In this document: in pieces, positions 57,768 to 64,000 of the stretch | How the letters are laid out: every line of letters begins with the position of its first letter | Position numbering within the stretch: the stretch's first letter is position 1 | Assembly: GCA_029268475.1 (NCBI GenBank) | Contig: JAQWNR010000022.1 | Coordinates: 29,882-93,881, forward strand | Length of the DNA: 64,000 nt | Direction: 5' to 3' | DNA from: Porticoccaceae bacterium | GTDB taxonomy: Bacteria; Pseudomonadota; Gammaproteobacteria; Pseudomonadales; Porticoccaceae | Program-made: the position numbers and the translations under genes | The notes under the pieces: generated by a model | Database searches by the model: none | Told to the model about the DNA's origin: nothing | Seen by the model: only the letters and a program-made list of their open reading frames with translations

Positions 57768-58850
57768 CTAGTCGGCCAGAGAGGCTAACTGCTCAGCCTG
57801 AAATTCATTGACTAACGGCTGTACCACTTCACCGAGCATACCCTCCATCACCTCAGCGAGCTTGTACAATGTGAGGTTAATACGATGATCGGTTACCCGA
57901 CCTTGAGGGAAATTATAGGTGCGGATGCGCTCGGAGCGATCACCACTACCTACCAGACTTTTACGCTGTTCCGACTGCTCTTTTGCCGCTGCATCGTCCT
58001 GCGCTGAATCCAGTCTTGCCTGCAGTACCGCCATCGCCTTGGCGCGATTCTTGTGTTGCGAACGCTCATCCTGACATTCCACCACAATACCGGTGGGTAA
58101 ATGGGTCAAGCGAATGGCGGAATCGGTTTTATTAACATGCTGACCGCCGGAGCCGGACGCACGAAAGGTATCCACGCGCAGATCGGCTTTATTAATTTCG
58201 ATGGCATCTTGCGCATCTGCCTCCGGCATAATGGCAACGGTGCAAGCAGAGGTATGGATTCGACCCTGAGACTCGGTATCGGGTACCCGCTGAACACGAT
58301 GGGCTCCAGACTCAAACTTGAGCTGCGAGTACACGCCCGTGCCCACAATGCGAGCAATGATTTCTTTGTAACCACCGTGATCGCCCGTACTCTCACTCAT
58401 TACTTCGACCTTCCAGCGCTGCGTTTCGGCAAACTTGCTGTACATACGAAATAGGTCGCCAGAAAAGATAGCCGCCTCATCGCCACCGGTTCCAGCGCGG
58501 ATTTCAAGAAAGACATTTTTATGGTCATTGGGGTCTTTGGGTAAGAGTAATTTTTGTAGCTCCAACTCTAATAACGCTAACTGCTTTTCGCCCTCTTTTA
58601 ACTCGTCCTGAGCCATGGCACGCATATCTGGATCTGCATCTTTGGCTAGCGCCTTGGCCTCCTCAATATTACTCACCACAGACTGAAACTCACTGTAGGA
58701 CTTAACCACCGGCTCTAGCTCAGCATACTCTTTCGACAGCTCACGAAATGTATTTTGATCGCCAATAATATCCGGATCACTCATCAGTGCCCCCACTTCC
58801 TCATAGCGTTCGGCGAGGGTGTCCAGTTTAGCCAGTATTGATGCTTTCAT
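57768..58850 (-). CDS. prfA: Peptide chain release factor 1
   Basis: 360 aa with the GGQ motif (SGSGGQHVN) and the RF1-specific PxT tripeptide context. Confidence 0.97.
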   Translation of the reverse strand: MKASILAKLDTLAERYEEVGALMSDPDIIGDQNTFRELSKEYAELEPVVKSYSEFQSVVSNIEEAKALAKDADPDMRAMAQDELKEGEKQLALLELELQKLLLPKDPNDHKNVFLEIRAGTGGDEAAIFSGDLFRMYSKFAETQRWKVEVMSESTGDHGGYKEIIARIVGTGVYSQLKFESGAHRVQRVPDTESQGRIHTSACTVAIMPEADAQDAIEINKADLRVDTFRASGSGGQHVNKTDSAIRLTHLPTGIVVECQDERSQHKNRAKAMAVLQARLDSAQDDAAAKEQSEQRKSLVGSGDRSERIRTYNFPQGRVTDHRINLTLYKLAEVMEGMLGEVVQPLVNEFQAEQLASLAD

Positions 58851-58853
58851 AGT

Positions 58854-60107
58854 TTATTTTTTCTTAAGGTCAAATAGTTCGTGAGTGGCATCGATAGTGG
58901 TATCTCGCCCTTCTTCACCGGCCTGTTTTAGCTTAGTGGTTGGTTTATGCAGTAGTTTATTGGTTAGATTACGTGCCAGTGTGTTAATCACCTTGGTCGA
59001 ATCCTGCCCACGCTGCAGCGCCTGCAAAGCCTTTTCCACTTCCTGGTCACGAATTGACTCGGCACTGTCGCGAAAGGCTTTAATGGTATCAACAACCGCT
59101 AAAGAGCGCTGCTTGGTGGACCAGTTTTCAACTTCCTGATCGACAATCGATTGGGCCTTATCGGCGGCCGTTTGCCGTGCACGCAAATTATCTTGTATCA
59201 CTTCTTCAAGATCATCCACGGTGTAGAGATAGACGTCGGTCAATTCCTCAACCTCTGGCTCGATATCCCGCGGTACAGCAATATCTACCATAAATAAAGG
59301 TTTATGTAGGCGTTTTTTCAGCGCTGACTCCACTGCGCCTTTACCCAAAACCGGTAACTGGCTGGCGGTAGAGGAAATAACAATATCCGCTTGATGCAAA
59401 AACTCAGGGATATCAGCCAACAAAATAGCCTCCGCAGAAAAGTCCTGCGCCAACTCTTGAGCTCGAGTTAAGGTGCGATTAGCCACCGTAATTTGGCCGA
59501 TATTTTTTTCCTGCAAATGCCGAGCAACCAATTCAATGGTGTCTCCAGCGCCAATTAACAATGCATGAGCGCTGGTCAAATCCGCAAAAATCTGCTCGGC
59601 TAAACTGACCGATGCATAGGCCACGGACACGGGATTCTGACCGATGGCGGTTTCAGAGCGCACGCGCTTAGCGGCGGCAAAAGCCTGTTGAAAGGCCTGA
59701 TTTAATTCCGCTGCGACAGTGCCCGCCTCACGACCGACCGAATAAGCTGATTTAATCTGACCAAAGATTTGCGGCTCACCCAACACCAACGAGTCCAGAC
59801 CACTGGCAACACAGATCATATGGCGGATAGCCTGTTGATCTCGGTAACAGTAATAGCAAGAGCGCAATGCTTCGATATCGAGATTTTTGCTCTCAGCCAA
59901 CCAACTCAGCAATTGCTCATCGGTTATATCGCCACTCAGATATATCTCAGTGCGATTACAGGTCGACAGCAAGGCAACTTCCGCCGCACCCATGGCAGAT
60001 TGCCCGAGTTGCAGTGACTCCACGACTATTTCAGGCGCAAAGGCAATGCGCCCCCGCAAATCGACCGAGGCTGACTTATGGTTTATACCAAATGCTAAGA
60101 TGCCCAT
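58854..60107 (-). CDS. hemA: Glutamyl-tRNA reductase
   Basis: 417 aa with MGILAFGINHKSASVDLRGRIAF, the catalytic Cys context LSTCNRTEIY and the NADPH site LIGAGDT. Confidence 0.95.
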   Translation of the reverse strand: MGILAFGINHKSASVDLRGRIAFAPEIVVESLQLGQSAMGAAEVALLSTCNRTEIYLSGDITDEQLLSWLAESKNLDIEALRSCYYCYRDQQAIRHMICVASGLDSLVLGEPQIFGQIKSAYSVGREAGTVAAELNQAFQQAFAAAKRVRSETAIGQNPVSVAYASVSLAEQIFADLTSAHALLIGAGDTIELVARHLQEKNIGQITVANRTLTRAQELAQDFSAEAILLADIPEFLHQADIVISSTASQLPVLGKGAVESALKKRLHKPLFMVDIAVPRDIEPEVEELTDVYLYTVDDLEEVIQDNLRARQTAADKAQSIVDQEVENWSTKQRSLAVVDTIKAFRDSAESIRDQEVEKALQALQRGQDSTKVINTLARNLTNKLLHKPTTKLKQAGEEGRDTTIDATHELFDLKKK

Positions 60108-60307
60108 AAATATTTCAACAGTGCCCTTGGGTTACAACCGAGTCCTTCATTTAACTCGGCGATTTTACACCAGTCTCGTACGCAAAAGGAGATTGACGGG
60201 AAAATCATTTAGTTGGCCTGGGTAATTCACAGGTATGCTACTGTTACGTACCGTAAATTTTATACTCAGGATTTGTTTTCACTCGCCAGATCCTAGAAAA
60301 TACACCA

Positions 60308-62026
60308 ATGATAAAACCTTCAATGTTTCTGTTTATCGCTTGCCTTGGGCTACTGAGCGGCTGTATTGCGACACCGCAAAAGATCAGTGAACAACCAGCG
60401 CCGGCTATCAGCGTGCCGCTGGAAACCCCTGAGGAACAATCGAAACCCTTTGCCATAGAGACTCTCTACCAGCTATTGGTTGCCGATATCGCCCTAAATC
60501 GCAATCACTATAAAGTGGCGCTCGAGGGGTATTTGCAGCAGGCCAGGGAAACCAAAGATATTGCCATTATTGAACTCGCCTTCAAGGTGGCAGAGTATAG
60601 TCGCGACAACGACGCCAGCACAGAGTTGGCCATATTGTGGCTAGATGCAGCACCGCAGAGCCGCGCTGCTCACAAAGCCGCGCTGCAAACGAAAGCAATG
60701 CAAGGTGACGCTCTCGGTGCACTCAGCCATGCCAGCTGGCTTTTTAGTCAGCATAATGATGTCGATGCGTTTCTTGCGATAACATCTCTACAGCTGAGTA
60801 AGCCTGAAATACAGCAACTTATCGAGGCTTACCAAGCTCTGCCCTTAAGTTCACAACAGAAGCCCTTTGCCCTATTGGCCAGTGCAATGCTCTATCGCAG
60901 TAGCGGTCAGTTGCAGATGGCGGAACAGTCCGCAGTAGCATTTCTTGATAATCAACCTGACAATCAGACGGGACTGCTTTTATTAGCCCGATTAATGCAT
61001 CAACAAGATCGTGTTGAAGAGGCTGCTGCGCTTCTTGGCCGCGCCTTGCAGCGCCAACCCAATGATCGGCAGTTGCGTCTGCAATATGCGCGCTTTTTAA
61101 CCATAACCGATCTACAGCAAGCGATTGTTGAATTTGAAGAGCTGCGTCACGACGACCCAGCCGATCAAGAAGTTAATTTCTTACTCGCCCTGCTACTCCA
61201 CAATCAGGGGCAGAGTGATAGAGCGATGGGGCTATTTGCACAAGCGAGTCAGAGGGCCAGTTTGCGCGCAGACGCGCAATTTCATATGGGCAGTATCTCT
61301 GAGGGCAAGGGCGACACAACCAGTGCCATCAAACATTATGCTCAGGTGCGATTCGGGCGCAATTATCTCTCGGCGATGTCGAGGTTAACCCTATTACTGA
61401 ACCAACAATATGGCCTCAGCGCTGCACGAAAAAATTTGCAGCGCCTGCGAGCAGAGCAACCGCAGCAGTCGGTAACCCTATTCCAAATAGAATCGAATCT
61501 ACTGATCAGCCTGCAAAAACCTGAGTTGGCGCTGTCGATTCTCAGCGATGGGTTAAAGGCCTTTCCCAATGACAGCCAACTGCTCTATGCCAGATCGATG
61601 GTCGCCGAACAGCAAGATGATTTTGCTCTCGCTGAGCAAGACCTGCGCACCCTTATCGCCATGGATAGCAACAATGCCATGGCACTTAATGCATTGGGCT
61701 ACAGCATGATTTTGCATACCGACCGTCACCTAGAAGCCCAGCGGCTGATCAAGCGCGCCTATCTATTAAATCCAGGCGATCCGGCCATTATCGACAGTAT
61801 GGGCTGGGTATTATTTAAACTGGGACAGCTAAGCGAGGCGCTAGAGTATCTGCAAAAGGCCTTTGACCTGCTGCCAGACCCCGAAATAGCCGCGCACTTG
61901 GGAGAAGTGCATTGGACGTTGGGCGACCAACAAACTGCCCTAGATATCTGGCAGCAAGGCTTGCAACAGGCGCCAGATCACCAGAGCATCACTGAAACAA
62001 TGCAACGACTCGGTGCTAAGCTTTGA
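60308..62026 (+). CDS. TPR-repeat lipoprotein upstream of lolB
   Basis: 572 aa with lipobox LLSGC and multiple TPR-like repeats. It holds the position preceding lolB-ispE, as in pseudomonads. Confidence 0.75.
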   Translation: MIKPSMFLFIACLGLLSGCIATPQKISEQPAPAISVPLETPEEQSKPFAIETLYQLLVADIALNRNHYKVALEGYLQQARETKDIAIIELAFKVAEYSRDNDASTELAILWLDAAPQSRAAHKAALQTKAMQGDALGALSHASWLFSQHNDVDAFLAITSLQLSKPEIQQLIEAYQALPLSSQQKPFALLASAMLYRSSGQLQMAEQSAVAFLDNQPDNQTGLLLLARLMHQQDRVEEAAALLGRALQRQPNDRQLRLQYARFLTITDLQQAIVEFEELRHDDPADQEVNFLLALLLHNQGQSDRAMGLFAQASQRASLRADAQFHMGSISEGKGDTTSAIKHYAQVRFGRNYLSAMSRLTLLLNQQYGLSAARKNLQRLRAEQPQQSVTLFQIESNLLISLQKPELALSILSDGLKAFPNDSQLLYARSMVAEQQDDFALAEQDLRTLIAMDSNNAMALNALGYSMILHTDRHLEAQRLIKRAYLLNPGDPAIIDSMGWVLFKLGQLSEALEYLQKAFDLLPDPEIAAHLGEVHWTLGDQQTALDIWQQGLQQAPDHQSITETMQRLGAKL

Positions 62027-62622
62027 AAACGCAATTAATACTGCTGATAACGCTGGTAATGTTAGCTGGCTGCAGCTACCAGCCAACAGTACAGCCACAA
62101 AGTCGCAGCTGGTCTGAACATCAACAACAACTCATGGCCTATGATCAGTGGCAATTGCAGGGCAAGTTAGGGTTTAAAACAGTAGATCGCGGTGGCAGTG
62201 CGACTGTGTATTGGAGCCAAAATCAACAGCAGTATCAGGTGCAACTTAAGGGGCCCCTCGGCGCCGGTAATGTTGTTATCGAAGGCGATCAAAGCAGTGC
62301 CCAAATGCTGAGTGGCGATAAACTCTATAGAGCGGCGCCACCCGCGTTGGCAGCTCGCTTTACCGGCTTACCCATTCCAGTAGATGCACTTGCATGGTGG
62401 GTGCGTGGACTTCCTAATCCCAACTCCAATCCCAATAGCACTGCGCCAACTGGCCTAGTCATCAACCCAGATGGCACAGCCGCACGTTTTGCACAACAGG
62501 GTTGGCAGCTAACATTTTCTCGCTATCAAATGACCAATGCAGGTCTCTTGCCTAAAAAAATTAGCGGTCAACTTGGGGACCAGAGCTTTAAACTGGTAAT
62601 ATCGCGGTGGAATTCACCATAA
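62023..62622 (+). CDS. lolB: Outer-membrane lipoprotein insertion protein LolB
   Basis: 199 aa with lipobox MLAGC and W.L.GK.G....... motifs. Its TTG start overlaps the upstream stop. Synteny is with ispE. Confidence 0.85.
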   Translation: MKTQLILLITLVMLAGCSYQPTVQPQSRSWSEHQQQLMAYDQWQLQGKLGFKTVDRGGSATVYWSQNQQQYQVQLKGPLGAGNVVIEGDQSSAQMLSGDKLYRAAPPALAARFTGLPIPVDALAWWVRGLPNPNSNPNSTAPTGLVINPDGTAARFAQQGWQLTFSRYQMTNAGLLPKKISGQLGDQSFKLVISRWNSP

Positions 62623-62645
62623 TAATCACCAGCGGTTAACAAACC

Positions 62646-63512
62646 ATGTCTGCTGTTACCTTGCCCTCACCGGCAAAGCTCAATCTTTTTCTGCATATCA
62701 ATGGTCGTCGCGACGATGGCTACCACGATCTTCAGACGCTATTTCAGTTACTCGACTACGGTGACAGCCTGACCTTTGAACCCAACTTAAGTGGCAAAAT
62801 CAGCTTGAGCCCATCGATTGATGGCGTTGCTGCCGATGACAATTTAATTATCCGTGCTGCCCGCTTATTAAAGCAAAAGACTGGCTGTAATCAGGGCTGT
62901 GCAATTCGACTCGATAAACGCATTCCTATGGGCGGCGGCCTCGGTGGGGGAAGTAGTAATGCAGCCACGGTATTGGTTGGCCTTAATAGTCTTTGGCAAT
63001 GTGGGTTAACAGTGCAGGAATTAGCTGAAATGGGCCGTGAATTAGGTGCTGATGTACCGATTTTTGTACAGGGAAATAGTGCATTTGCCGAGGGGGTTGG
63101 CGATGTTTTAACAGCGTTTGATATTCCTCAACAATGGTATTTAGTGATTACGCCCAATGTGCAGGTCGCTACCGCTGAAATTTTTTCACATCCTCAATTG
63201 ACAAGGAACTCTCCACCCATCAAAATACGCGCCCTCTCAGGGGAGCAGTATAGGAATGACTGTCAGTATGTAGTCGAAAAACGTTATCCAGCGGTAAAGC
63301 AAGCGTTGGATTGGATGGCGGATTACAACAACCCACTGATGACAGGGACTGGTGCTAGCGTTTTTTGTTGCTTTGCCACCCAGACCGAGGCCCAACGGGC
63401 TCTCGACTTGGTGCCAAAACAATGGTCTGCGTTTATAGCGCGGGGCGAGAATCGCTCCTCACTGCATCAGCAATTGGGAAAGATTTTTACTGGGGCGTCG
63501 CCAAGTGGTTAA
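62646..63512 (+). CDS. ispE: 4-diphosphocytidyl-2-C-methyl-D-erythritol kinase
   Basis: 288 aa with [10 protein letters not shown] and the GHMP kinase motif [14 protein letters not shown]. The last 22 nt overlap tRNA-Gln. Confidence 0.93.
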   Translation: MSAVTLPSPAKLNLFLHINGRRDDGYHDLQTLFQLLDYGDSLTFEPNLSGKISLSPSIDGVAADDNLIIRAARLLKQKTGCNQGCAIRLDKRIPMGGGLGGGSSNAATVLVGLNSLWQCGLTVQELAEMGRELGADVPIFVQGNSAFAEGVGDVLTAFDIPQQWYLVITPNVQVATAEIFSHPQLTRNSPPIKIRALSGEQYRNDCQYVVEKRYPAVKQALDWMADYNNPLMTGTGASVFCCFATQTEAQRALDLVPKQWSAFIARGENRSSLHQQLGKIFTGASPSG

Positions 63513-63565
63513 GGCACCGGGTTTTGATCCCGGCATCGGAGGTTCGAATCCTCCCGCCCCAGCCA
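63491..63565 (+). tRNA. tRNA-Gln (anticodon UUG)
   Basis: Cloverleaf folded by eye. The acceptor stem is TGGGGCG/CGCCCCA, the anticodon stem CCGGG/CCCGG with loop TTTTGAT (anticodon TTG), and the T-arm GGAGG-TTCGAAT-CCTCC. The 3' CCA is encoded. Confidence 0.92.
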
Positions 63566-63595
63566 GTACAAATTATGAATACCAGGAAAAATGAC

Positions 63596-64000
63596 GTGTC
63601 TAGATTAATGGTCTTCTCCGGAAATGCAAATCCGGAACTGGCATCTGAAATCGCTCGCACATTGGGCATTCCTCTCGGTGATGCACTGGTATCATTGTTC
63701 TCAGATGGCGAAATTAATATTGAGATTCGCGAAAATGTTCGCGGTCATGATGTATTTGTGGTTCAACCCACCTGTGCACCCACCAATCGCCATTTAATGG
63801 AATTGGTACTGATGATTGATGCGCTGCGTCGCGCCTCTGCCGGACGTATCACCGCAGTAGTGCCCTATTTTGGCTACGCGCGCCAAGATCGCCGTGTACG
63901 CTCTGTACGTGTACCCATCAGCGCTAAAGTAGTCGCCGATATGCTGTCTAACGCGGGCGTTGATCGCGTACTGACTGTTGACTTACATGCTGAGCAGATT
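63596..64000 (+). CDS. prs: Ribose-phosphate pyrophosphokinase, N-terminal part (runs off the window end)
   Basis: Own translation gives (V)[43 protein letters not shown]...[13 protein letters not shown]. The start is GTG 63596 or ATG 63608. Confidence 0.9.
   Translation, partial: MSRLMVFSGNANPELASEIARTLGIPLGDALVSLFSDGEINIEIRENVRGHDVFVVQPTCAPTNRHLMELVLMIDALRRASAGRITAVVPYFGYARQDRRVRSVRVPISAKVVADMLSNAGVDRVLTVDLHAEQI

Noticed and set aside
63491-63565. tRNA-Gln as an integration hotspot for a genomic island
   Set aside because: It is flanked by ispE and prs in the conserved arrangement. There is no integrase, and I saw no duplicated tRNA 3' half in the window.
1-64000. CRISPR arrays, IS elements, integrons, prophage or known defence-system genes
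   Set aside because: I saw no spaced direct-repeat arrays, no transposase, integrase or recombinase-like ORFs, and no nuclease/helicase/methylase clusters. Every ORF over 100 aa outside shadow frames has a housekeeping or metabolic assignment, apart from the few flagged in the findings.

Overview
This window reads as core chromosome of a gammaproteobacterium, tightly packed with about 65 protein genes, one tRNA-Gln and no rRNA. The organism guess comes from Pseudomonas/Cellvibrionales-like synteny blocks. They are rsmI-lpoA-yraN-diaA-dolP, sspAB-petABC-rpsI-rplM-zapE-yhcB, dksA-gluQ-cbrA-cbrB-(sRNA)-pcnB-folK-panB, fur-bamE-rnfH-ratA...smpB, hemA-prfA-prmC and TPR-lolB-ispE-tRNA-Gln-prs. EF-P carries Lys34 and sits next to epmA, so this is not Pseudomonas proper. 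I found no transposases, integrases, prophage genes, CRISPR arrays or recognisable defence systems, and most of the window is ordinary housekeeping DNA. The most interesting locus is the CbrAB-like catabolite-control module at about 39.2-43.8 kb. It has a 58-codon two-TM ORF overlapping the start of an SLC5-domain histidine kinase. Its CbrB-type regulator has a visibly degenerate sigma54-activating AAA+ core: no GAFTGA, Walker A K->R, Walker B DE->NN. In the position where Pseudomonas carries crcZ there is a compact candidate sRNA of about 125 nt, with a long (ARN)n A-rich tract, a sigma70-like rather than sigma54-like promoter and a clean intrinsic terminator. Other candidates follow.
- An overlapping gene pair encodes a PDZ-less secreted trypsin-like protease and an FHA-domain polytopic membrane protein, with no kinase or phosphatase nearby.
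- A YtjB/Smp-like membrane protein next to serB carries an extra cytoplasmic domain of about 240 aa that looks like a degenerate cyclase.
- Cytochrome b and c1 are fused in frame.
- The rsmI and lpoA start codons overlap head to head.
- comF appears to need a non-canonical start codon.
- smpB may be leaderless.
- There are two cysE paralogs.

All functional calls rest on motif and N-terminus recognition by eye and on synteny. No database search was run.
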